Of a stretch of 64,000 nt of DNA, positions 24,942 to 36,600 are shown one piece after another. The notes below the pieces were generated by a model that was given only the letters and a program-made list of their open reading frames with translations, was not told the origin of the DNA and ran no database searches. Numbering within the stretch: position 1 is the first letter of the stretch; each line of letters opens with the position of its first letter. A program made the translations under genes and the position numbers. The DNA is taken from the NCBI GenBank assembly GCA_002269645.1, contig NIVC01001272.1:62001-126000 (forward strand). Reading direction: 5' to 3'. This DNA comes from Macrostomum lignano. Lineage: Eukaryota.

Positions 24942-26140
24942 GCCTGTCTGTCTGCCTGTCTGTCTGTCTGTCTGCCAGTCTGTCTGTCTGTCTGCCTGTC
25001 TGTCTGCCAGTCTGTCTGTCTGCCTGTCTGTCTGTTTGTCTGTCTGTCTGTTTGTCTGTCTGCCAGTCTGTCTGTCTGCCTGTCTGTCTGTCTGTCTGCC
25101 TGTCTGTCTGTCTGCCTGCCTTAGTGTCTGTCTGCCTGTCTGCCTGTCTGTCTGTCTGTCTGTCTGCCTTAGTGTCTGTCTGTCTGTCTGTCTGCCTGTC
25201 TGTCTGTCTGTCTGCCTGCCTTAGTGTCTGTCTGTCTGTCTGCCTGCCTGTCTGTCTGTCTGTCTGCCTTAGTGTCTGTCTGTCTGTCTGCCTGCCTGCC
25301 TGTCTGTCTGTCTGCCTTAGTGTCTGTCTGTCTGTCTGTCTGCCTGCCTGTCTGTCTGCCTGTCTGCCTGTCTGTCTGTCTGCCTGTTTGTCTGCCAGTC
25401 TTTCTGTCTGTCTGTCTGTCTGTCTGCCTGTCTGCCTGTCTGTCTGCCAGTCTGTCTGTCTGCCTGTCTGTCTGTTTGTCTGTCTGTCTGTTTGTCTGTC
25501 TGTCTGCCTGTCTGTCTGCCTGTCTGCCTGTCTGTCTGTCTGCCTGTTTGTCTGCCAGTCTGTCTGTCTGCCTGTCTGTCTGCCTGTCTGCCTGTCTGTC
25601 TGCCAGTCTGTCTGTCTGCCTGTCTGTCTGTCTGTCTGCCTGTCTGTCTGTCTGCCTGCCTTAGTGTCTGTCTGTCTGTCTGCCTGCCTGCCTGTCTGTC
25701 TGTCTGCCTTAGTGTCTGTCTGTCTGTCTGTCTGCCTGCCTGTCTGTCTGCCTGTCTGCCTGTCTGTCTGTCTGCCTGTTTGTCTGCCAGTCTTTCTGTC
25801 TGTCTGTCTGTCTGTCTGCCTGTCTGCCTGTCTGTCTGCCAGTCTGTCTGTCTGCCTGTCTGTCTGTTTGTCTGTCTGTCTGTTTGTCTGTCTGTCTGCC
25901 TGTCTGTCTGCCTGCCTGTCTGTCTGCCTGTCTGCCTGTCTGTCTGTCTGTCTGCCTGTCTGTCTGCCAGTCTGTCTGTCTGCCTGTCTGTCTGTCTGTC
26001 TGCCTGTCTGTCTGTCTGCCTGCCTTAGTGTCTGTCTGTCTGTCTGCCTGCCTGTCTGTCTGTCTGTCTGCCTTAGTGTCTGTCTGTCTTTCTGTCTGCC
26101 TGCCTGTCTGTCTGTCTGTCTGCCTTAGTGTCTGTCTGTC
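24128..26140 (+). repeat. ~2-kb compound (TCTG)n microsatellite with CCTG/TTTG/CCAG/CCTTAGTG variants
   Basis: Directly visible; source of all VCLS-type ORFs. Confidence 0.97.
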
Positions 26141-26745
26141 AGAGTCTGTACGTATTTCTTAGATTTTAGCCAATAGAGAAATTTCAGTCAACGACTTTCT
26201 TACTAGTAGAAAGAATTGCCTTCGTTTGCATAAAAAAACTATATTTTTCTATTTGAATTACATGAAAAATGTTCCAAGCTTGATTTAAAACTTCGCTTTT
26301 GCCGTTTGGTTTGTCTCTCAGCCAACTCCGGCCTTAGCTACATTATGCTACGGATCGTGCATTTGATTATGGTGTTACTTCATTTTTGTGTCTTTATGCA
26401 TTTACGAGTCTGTAGTTTTCAAAAAAAAGTTTTCATTTCTTAATTTTATTCCCCTCTAAATAAAAACGTCTGAAGGCTTTGTTAAACTGCTAAGTTTCCA
26501 AGAACTTGACCACCCATACCTTGAAATGATGACTCCTAGTCACTAGACTGAAGATGAACTGTCAGAGATTCAGAGATTCAAACTAAAATTTTCATCAGTT
26601 CATTTTTACCCAACGAGCCTGCTTTGGGACAGATTTCTCGCAGGTAAAAGCTTCACACGGGAGATTTTCGCTTAACCAGGCCCAGAGCCTCCAAGCGGCG
26701 TCCGAGCGGCTTAAAGATGGACAGGTTCCGCCGAGGATCGGAATG

Positions 26746-26760
26746 CAGCTGCAACAGCTG
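26746..26760. promoter_or_regulatory. Paired CAGCTG E-boxes upstream of the myosin gene
   Basis: CAGCTG at 26746-26751 and 26755-26760; short motifs, function inferred only from position. Confidence 0.25.
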
Positions 26761-27489
26761 CCTGCACGCGGCCCCCGGGTGACATTTACCATTCACCAAG
26801 TTTTTTTCCCGGCTCCAGGGGCTGCTGATAGTTTGTGCTGATTTTAGCTCCAATCTGCCAGCGCTTATAACTAGGGAGGCCGCGTGTCCGCATCGTTCCA
26901 GCCGAGCTGTCAATCAGAATTTTCGCCCAAGTTTGCTCCCATCTGGTTTTGCGGGTTTTCGCGGATCGGTCGGTCTCTCCCTGAAGACCTCGGCAGAATG
27001 TTAACCAGCCCCCAGCTTCTAATCCTCATGACCCGGCTTCCTGTGTCTCCTAGTCTCCTATCAATGTAATTTCCTGGGAGAAGAAATGCTCCTTTCTTTC
27101 TAGCGGCACCCAGGGGAGGGGCCGGAATCCTGCTTTGGAATCGGCAGTCCCACCGTCTTCTACCCTGATCAGCGATGGAAATCTTTTCTGCAACAGAGGT
27201 TCAACCATCCCATCAAGTAAATATCCTACAGTTTCTTTCCACTTGGTGATTCTCATTCTGTAGGAATTCATAGAATGATATGCAATTTTCATTCTATCAA
27301 TTTCGATGGCGCACTTTGCTGTAATTATCTTATGTTATTATAGTTTGGTTCAAGCAAAATCTTTATAGATGTGCGATGCATGATGCCAAAGACGAATGCA
27401 AAACTGGGTAGTATGGGCTGACCCAGATCGATAATAAGGCTTCGAGAGACGAGCCCTGGTTGGTCTGTCAGCAAAAAGCATCGATTTGA

Positions 27490-27499
27490 CCAAATTTGG
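27490..27499. promoter_or_regulatory. Perfect CArG box (CCAAATTTGG), candidate SRF site
   Basis: Matches CC(A/T)6GG and lies ~190 bp upstream of the myosin ATG. Confidence 0.35.
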
Positions 27500-27689
27500 A
27501 CATCGGCGGGCTGAGGACCGTCCCACCCCGGATCCCCCTCCCCTCTCGCCAAGGTTTCGTCTCGGCTCTGACGCAAATCGGTTAAAACTCGCTCCTCCGT
27601 GGGGAAATTCCTCCTGCCGCCCGACATCCTTGATTCAGTCAGCCCGTCAGAATCTGTCAGTGTTCCCTTGAGCCGCCGCAACAGCAGTC

Positions 27690-30600
27690 ATGTCCGGCCT
27701 GGATCCCAAAGACCCAGACTTCAAGTACCTCGGCGTCGACAGGAAAGCCCTGCTGAAGGAGCTCGGCAATGTCACCTTCGATTCTAAGAAAGTTTGCTGG
27801 GTGCCCGACGAGAAGGAGGGATACGTCAAGGGCGACGTGATCTCGCGAGAGGGCGGGAAAGTCACGGTTAAGACGGAGAAAGGAGAGGTGAGAAGTTTAT
27901 CAATTATTAAATTTATGTAAGCACTTGTAGCATGAGTGGTTGTAAGGTTTTAGGCTGCACGACGGAGTGACTGATCAGTGTCTGAGTGACAGCGAAAGTA
28001 AGTGATTAAGTGACTGTGAGTGGATAGATAGGCTGACGGACTAGCAGGTGCTGTTAGTGACTGAGTGGCATTGTGAGTGCGGCAGTGAGTGACTGGGTGG
28101 CATTGTAACTGCGGCAGTGAGTGATTGAGTGACATTGTGACTGCGGCAGTGAGTGATTGAGTGACATTGTGTCTCTGGTAATAAGAGACTGAGTGTGTGA
28201 CTTAGCGACATTGTGACTGCAGCACTGGGGGACAGATTTACATTGTGACTGCGGCAGTGAGTGACTGAGTGACATTTTGACTGCTTCAGACCTGAGTGAC
28301 TTGGTTAACATTAGGAGTAAACACGAATCAACAACAAAATTTGGCCCCAACCAGGAGAAGACCCTGAAGGAGGACGATGTGCAGCAGATGAACCCGCCAA
28401 AATTCGAGCTGTACGAAGACATGGCCAACCTGACCTTCTTGAACGACGCCTCTGTGCTGCACAACTTGAAGCAGCGCTACATTAAAATGCTCATCTACGT
28501 GAGTTGCTTTGTGTATGGGATAGTTAATTGGGATTTAATGAGATAAACATGCAGATGAACATCAAAAGTCGTGGAGAATAAGTTAGATGAGTCATAGAAT
28601 TTGGATATTGTCCTGAGTCATCGATTCACTGTATGACGAGAGTTTTGTTGTGTGGCGTCTGAATTATATCCATGTCACAGAAAAAAGAGCTGCAAAAGAG
28701 AATAGAGGGGTCACAAAGGAGGATAGAGAATCACAGAGGAGAATAGAGTCATAGATAGAGGAGAATAGATAGTCACAGAGGAAGATAGATAGTCATAAAG
28801 GAGAATAGAGAGTCATAGAGGAGAATAGAGAGTCAAAAAGGAAAATAGAGAGTCACAGAGGAGAACAAAGAATCACAGAAGAAAATATAGTCGCAGAGGA
28901 GAGCAAAGAGTCACAGAGGAGAACAAAGAATCACAGAAGAAAATATAGTCGCAGAGGAGAACAAAGAGTCACAGAGGAGAACAAAGAATCACAGAAGAAA
29001 ATATAGTCGCAGAGGAGAACAAAGAGTCACAGAGGAGAACAAAGAATCACAGAAGAAAATATAGTCGCAGAGGAGAACAAAGAGTCACAGAGGAGAACAA
29101 GGAGTCACAGAATAGGACGGAAGCAACCTCGTTAAAAAGGGGGGCTGCATTTGTCGCTTTTGCCTTGATAAAGTTTTAATGAAACCAGTTGCAATAACTC
29201 TAAATCTAACAACGGTATCTCAATCTCAGACCTACTCGGGCCTGTTCTGCGTGGTGGTGAACCCGTACAAGCGGCTGCCCATCTACACCAACAGTGTGGT
29301 GCTGAAGTACAAAGGCAAACGCAAAACTGAGATGCCACCGCACGCGTTCGCCATCTCTGACAATGCCTACTCTAACATGCTGCAGGGTGAGTTGGAATCC
29401 TGCGCCTTAGCAACAGTAACCTCATAAAAATGTTATCGATAAAGTATGTCACTCATGTTTTGTCTACCTTCATTTTAGATCGCGAGAACCAGTCTGTTTT
29501 GATCACGTATGTGGCTGTTTTAATTATTTCAATTTTGTTAATATTTTTAATATAAACTATTTAAATGATCTTTGTTTGTTTAGTTTGATTCAGGCTTCTG
29601 TTTAGCAAGGATACTTTTAACTTTACTAGAAAATGCACATGCTCATTTAAAAATTCCATAACGTCTTGTCACTCTTCTAATTATTTACTCATGTTTTGCT
29701 TTCTTCCAATACGAATCACTTCCAAGATTTGTCACTTCTGTACTTGTCACTCCCTTACTTGTCACTTTCTTAATTGTCACCCCCTTACTTGTCACTCCCT
29801 TACTTGTCACTCCCTTACTTGTCACTCCCTTACTTGTCACTCCCTTACTTGTCACTTTCTTAATTGTCACCCCCTTACTTGTCACTCCCTTACTTGTCAC
29901 TCCCTTACTTGTCACTCCCTTAATTGTCACTCCCTTACTTGTCACTTTCTTAATTGTCACTCCCTTACTTGTCACCCCCTTACTTGTCACTCCCTTACTT
30001 GTCACTCCCTTAATTGTCACTTTCTTAATTGTCAATTTCTTACTTGTCACCCCCTTACTTGTCACTCCCTTAATTGTCACTTTCTTACTTGTCACCCCCT
30101 TACTTGTCACTCCCTTAATTGTCACCCCTTACTTTTCACTCCCTTAATTGTCACCCCCTTACTTGTCACTCCCTTAATTGTCACCCCTTACTTGTCACTC
30201 CCTTACTTGTCACTCCCTTACTTGTCACTCACTTAATTGTCACTCCCTTACTTGTCACTTTCTTAATTGTCACTCCCTTACTTGTCACTCCCTTACTTGT
30301 CACTCCCTTACTTGTCACTCCCTTATTTGTCACTCCCTTACTTGTCACTCCCTTACTTGTCACTCCCTTACTTGTCACTCCCTTAATTGTCACCCCCTTA
30401 ATTGTCACTTCCTTAATTGTCACTCCCGTACTTGTCACTTCTACATTTGTTATTCTCACAGACTTACCACTCTCATAATTTTCACCCCAAATACTTGTCA
30501 CTTCCACATTTGTCACTTCCATAGACTTGTCACTCAGTGATAATTTAGACACTTTGCATTTTCGCTATTTGGCATCGCATTGTTAACACAGCTACATGCA

Positions 30601-33600
30601 CTAGCAGTCGTGACTATCCGCTTCGCTGTCATCTTATAAATGCTTTTTAGATGCTTTCTGGCTGTTTGAATTTAAGCTACTACTCGTATTTAGTAGAGCT
30701 GTGGCATTTTATTGCAAAGTTTAAGCCCAACCGTCTACTCCCTTAAAAACGACTCTCAGCGGCGAGAGCGGAGCCGGTAAAACCGAAAACACAAAGAAGG
30801 TCATCTCTTACTTCGCCCAGCTGACCGCCCTCTCCGGAGGCAAGGAGGCCGCTGAAGCAGTCGACAACAAGAAGGTTCGGTGATGAAGGATGCTGCAGTC
30901 TTCATTGATTCATTTTTATTTGTGTGACGAAATCCCTAATACGTTCTGATATTCTGTGAACGCCAGCTAAATATCAATGGTAACAATCAATATACGCTAC
31001 TAAGTAGAATGTGTCGCATTTTCCTGCATGATTTGACTTTGCCATAAATATTGATTTTTTCTAAGAAAACACGCTATACAAATGAATCGCGTACATTTTA
31101 ACAAATCATTTCTCCGGCAGGGCACACTAGAGGAGCAGATTGTGCAGGCCAACCCTGTGCTGGAAGCGTACGGCAACGCCAAAACTGTCAGGAACAACAA
31201 CTCGTCTCGATTTGTAAGTTCAAAACTGCCGCTAGCATTTTTAACTTTCTGATTAAAAATCATGAAGCTTTTCATGCAAGAAAAGTATATGAAATTTCAG
31301 GGAAAATTTATTCGAATTCACTTTGGTCCGGCTGGCAAGATTGCTGGAGCGGATATCGAGTTTTGTAAGTATTGCTGGCTGCAACATGGCTTGTATGTTT
31401 ATGAGTGAGTTCATGAGTGAGTTCATGAGTGAGTTCATGAGTGAGTTCATGAGTGAGTTCATGAGTGAGTTCATGAGTGAGTTCATGAGTAAGTTCATGA
31501 GTGAGTTCATGAGTGAGTTCATGAGTGAGTTCATGAGTGAGTTCATGAGTGAGTTCATGAGTGAGTTCATTAGTGAGTTCATTAGTGAGTTCATGAGTGA
31601 GTTAATGAGTGAGTTCAAAAGGGAGTTAATGAGTGAGTTCATGAATGAGTTTATGAGTGGGTTCATAGGGGAGTTAATGAGTGAGTTCATGAGTAAAACC
31701 ATAGGTGAGTTCATGAGTAAAATCATAGGTGAGTTAATGAGTGAGTTCATAAGTGAGTTCATCACTAATCACTCAGTTCATGACTAACAGTTGTGTCAAT
31801 GCGTGAATTCATGAGGGACTTCATGAGTGAGGTCACGAGTGATTATGTTACAGTAGTGAGTTCATAAATGAGTACATGAGTGAGTTCATTTGTTGGTTCA
31901 TTAGTTAGTTCAGGGGTTCATAAGTTCATGATTCAATGTGTGAGCTCACGAGCATAATTTTTCATAAGTGAATGTGTGAGTGCAGAGTTCATAGGCTCAT
32001 CGGTGAATTGATGAGTTTATCTGTTCATGAGCAGTGGGTGAAGAGGCGAGTGCAGTGATGCGTGTATTCTGTTCTAACTCTTTGTTAATATACAATTCTC
32101 AGACCTGCTCGAGAAGTCTCGCGTCACCTCCCAGATGGGCGGGGAGCGCAACTACCACATCTTCTACCAGCTGTTGTCTGATTACGCTAAGCAGTGGCAC
32201 GACAAGCTGCTGGTGGCCCCCGACCCCGGCCTCTACTCGTTTATCAACCAGGGCGAGCTGCAAATCGACGGAGTGGACGACTCAGAGGAGATGAAGTTCA
32301 CCGACGAGGCCTTCGACATTCTGGGCTTCTCAGCCGTGGAAAAGAACGGCATGTACAAGGCCACGTGCGCCATTATGAACATGGGCGAGATGAAGTTCAA
32401 GCAGAGACCGCGCGAAGAGCAAGCAGAAACCGATGGAACCGCCGAAGCTGAGAAGGTCGCCTTCCTGTTGGGCGTCAACGCTAAGGACCTGCTGCAGGCA
32501 ATTCTGAAGCCGAAGGTCAAAGTTGGAAACGATTACGTAACCAAGGGACAGTCACTGGAGCAGGTAAGATAAAGCTACAAATTAGTTTCAAAATGCTCAG
32601 TGCCTGCAAGTTCATCATAACGTTCATCGAAACGCTAAAACTAGGTGAACTTCTCAATGCAAGCCCTGGCCAAGTCGCTCTACCACCGCATGTTCGCCTG
32701 GCTGGTGGCCAGAGTCAACCAGACCCTGGACACCAAGGCTAAGCGTCAGTTCTTCATCGGCGTGCTGGACATTGCCGGCTTTGAGATCTTCGATTTCAAC
32801 GGGTTCGAGCAGATCTGCATCAACTACACCAACGAGCGGCTGCAGCAGTTCTTCAACCACCACATGTTTGTGCTGGAGCAGGAGGAGTACAAGAAGGAGG
32901 CCATCGACTGGGAGTTTATCGACTTCGGCATGGACCTTGCCGCCTGCATCGAGCTGATCGAGAAGCCAATGGGCATCCTGTCCATCCTGGAGGAAGAGTG
33001 CATGTTCCCCAAGGCCTCGGACACCACATTCAAGAACAAGCTGTACGACAACCATCTGGGAAAGTCGCCGAACTTTGGCAAGCCGAAGCCGCCTAAGCCT
33101 GGCAAGGCGGAGGCGCACTTCGAGCTGCACCACTACGCCGGCACCGTGGGATACAACATCACCGGCTGGCTGGAGCGGAACAAAGACCCGCTGAACGAGT
33201 CTGTTATTGAAGTTCTGAGCGCCAGCAAAGAGCACATGGTTGCGACGTTTTTCCCGCCAGTTAGTGGTAAGAACAATAGTGCTTCGATGTCATCATTTTC
33301 ATAAACATCCCGGATGTTCTTCTGGTAACATTACCCGTGGCTTTTTCTTAGACGGAGGCGACGCAAAATCCGGCAAGAAACGCAAGGGCGGCGGCATGCA
33401 AACCATCTCTGCTACGCACAGGGTAAGTAGAGTTAAAAACGCGGCCCATTTGTCCTCTACGACAGTAGGACTCAAAGCAACCCAACTAAACAATGTAACA
33501 AACCAAACAGGAGTCGCTGAACAAGCTGATGAAAAATCTGCACAGCACTTCGCCCAACTTCATTCGTTGCATTGTGCCTAACGAGTTCAAACAATCAGGC

Positions 33601-36600
33601 GTGGTGGACGCTCACCTGGTGCTCCACCAGCTTCACTGCAACGGCGTGCTGGAGGGCATCCGTATCTGTCGGAAGGGTTTCCCAAATCGCCTCATCTACA
33701 CCGAGTTCAAGCAGCGGTAAGTGACATGAAACATGAGATATACAGAAAGAATGAAATCGAGTTCTTAAGATCCCCAGCATCATGTTAACATCCATTTAAA
33801 CATTTTAGCTACTCGATCCTGGCTCCAAACGCTATTCCGGAGGGCTTCGTCGAAGGTAAAGTGGTCAGTGGCAACATTCTCGAGGCTGTGCAACTTGACA
33901 AGCAGCAGTACCGTCTGGGCACCACGAAGGTCTTCTTCAAGGCCGGTGTGCTGGCCGAACTCGAGGACATGCGCGATGAGAAGCTGAGCCGCATCATCGC
34001 GCTGTTCCAGGCCCAGATCCGTGGCTACGTGATGCGCAAGAAGCACAAGAAGCTGCAAGACCAGCGCACTGCTCTCAGCATCATCCAGCGCAACGTGCGC
34101 AAGCACCTGCAGCTGAAGAACTGGGAATGGTGGCGCCTGTACCTCAAGGTTAAGCCAATGCTTAACGTTGCTCGCCAGGAGGAGGAGATGAAGAAGGCTG
34201 CCGAGGAGCTCGCCAAGATGAAGGAAGAATTCGAGAAGATGGAGAAGCTGAAGAAGGAGCTCGAGGAGCAAAATGTCACCCTGCTGCAGCAAAAGAATGA
34301 CATCTTCCTCCAGCTGCAGGCTGAGCAGGACACTCTTGCTGACGCCGAGGAAAAAATTGAAAGCCTCATCAAACAGAAGGCAGACTTTGAGTCGCAGCTC
34401 AAGGAGCTCGAAGACCGTCTCCTTGACGAAGAAGACGCTGCAAACGAACTTGAAGGCGTTAAAAAGAAGATGGAGGGCGAGATGGACGAGCTGAAAAAGG
34501 ATATCGATGATCTCGAGCAGAGCTTGCAGAAGTCTGAGCAGGAAAAGCAGAGCAAGGAGAACCAGATCAAGACACTTCAGGAGGAGATGGCCCGACAGGA
34601 TGAGTCCCTCGCCAAGCTGCAGAAGGAGAAGAAGGCCCATGAGGAGACCATCAAGCAGACGCAAGAGGCTCTTGCTGCCGAAGAGGAGAAAGTGAAGAAC
34701 CTGAATAAGCTGAAGCAAAAGCTTGAGCAGAACCTGGACGAGCTGGAGGACCAACTTGAGCGCGAGAAGAAAGTTCGCGGAGATGTTGAAAAAGCGAAGC
34801 GCAAAGTCGAGGGCGACTTGAAGATGACTCAAGAAACGGTGGACGATCTGGAGCGGGTGAAGCGCGACATGGAGGAGCAGATCAAGCGCAAGGACGCTGA
34901 GCTAAACAGTTTGCACAACAAAGTTGAGGACGAGCAGGGCATCATTTCTCAGCTGCAGCGAAAGATCAAGGAGCTGCAGGCTCGCATTCAGGTAAGAAGC
35001 CTAAATAATTAAATATCGTACTCGCAACTCACCGTAACATTAGCAATCAACTTATCATCGTTGCCTGGTAATTCAGGAACTCGAAGAGGAGCTCGAAGCC
35101 GAACGCCAGGCTCGTTCAAAGGCTGAGAAACAGCGTCAGCAGGTGGAGGCCGAACTTGACGACGTTGCTGACAGGCTGGAAGAGCAGGGCGGCGCCACCG
35201 TGGCTCAGCAGGAGTTGAACAAGAAGCGCGAAGCTGAGCTGCTGAAGCTGCGCCGGGAGATGGAGGACAACGTGCTCCAACACGAGCAGATGGTTCAGCA
35301 GCTGCGCAAGAAGCAACAGGACGCGGTCAACGAGCTGTCTGAACAAGTCGACCAGCTGCAGAAGGCCAAGGGCAAGACGGAGAAGGAGAAAACGCAGTTC
35401 AAAGCCGAGGTTGAAGATCTGCACGCTCAGTTGGAACACGTCAACAAGTCCAAGGCTGCCGCTGAGAAGAATAGCAAGGGCTTGGAGGCTCAGCTGAGTG
35501 ATCTGCAGGTATGCTGAAATACTCTGAGAACCGCTAACCGTTATAAAACTACGTCATTTATTCATAACTTTTTTGCCTAAAGGGCCGTCTGGACGAAGCC
35601 ACTCGCCAGATTGGCGACCTGCAGTCGCAGAAGAACCGAGCTCAACAGGAGGGCGGCGACCTCGGTCGACGACTCGAAGAGGCCGAGGCTCAGCTGGCTC
35701 AGCTGACCAAGGCGAAGCAGCAGCTGACGCAGCAACTGGATGAGGCCAGGTTGAGAATCAATTATTTTTTGCATGCATTTCTACCTCTAGCAGATACTAC
35801 TAAGCAGGCAGAATACAAGTAGTGCTGGGCACTTTTTATTTCGAGGCTTGGTGGCTGGGTGTAGCCTTGCGCACTTTAAGCGACATTGTTTCACAACTGG
35901 CGACAATTCCGCCGACTCCCCTGAGCAGGCACACAAGTGCGCGGATAGTTAGCTATACGCACAGGCACACACTCACACATCTAGGAGTGTACAGCGGCCA
36001 TAACTTTATTTATGGTTAGGCATGTACACTTCACTGTGCCTTGGGAGGTTGGCCTTCAAAGGGCGTCGCCATAATTGATTTCTACCACGGGTCACAAGGT
36101 GGGATGAGGGGACAAAGTATGGGCATGAGCTTTTACTCGGGGGGCAACATGTCCCCTGCACCCCCCCCCCCCGATGGCGACGCCCCCGCTCAAGGCCGTT
36201 AATTGCTTTAGCAGACCCAGGCCGAGATTTCTAATTTAGCCCCAAAATTATGTGACTGCACTTGGAATCGAGCCTGGGCCGCTGGCATATCAGAGCGCCG
36301 CCCTGGGCTACGCCCCCCCCCCCTAGTGCTAGACACTCATCAATAAATCGGTGTATTCACGATGCATTTCTTCGTAAAATACTATCGCAGACGCAATCTA
36401 GAAGACGAGAGCCGTCAGAAGACCAAACTGAGCTCGGAAGCTCGCAACCTGAATGCCGACCTGGACCAGCTGAGAGAGCAGCTCGAGGAGGAGCAGGAGG
36501 CCAAGTCCGATCTGCAGCGGCAGCTGGCCAAGGCTCAAGGTGAGGCCCAGCAGTGGCGCTCCAAGTACGAGACTGGTGGCGGCGGCGGTGGCGGCGAGGA

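Noticed and set aside
24003-26162. Long VCLS-type ORFs up to 646 aa (likewise SSPLL, SIYL, TCHSL, MSEF and PIPII ORFs)
   Set aside because: Translations of micro/minisatellites that lack stop codons; no coding context.
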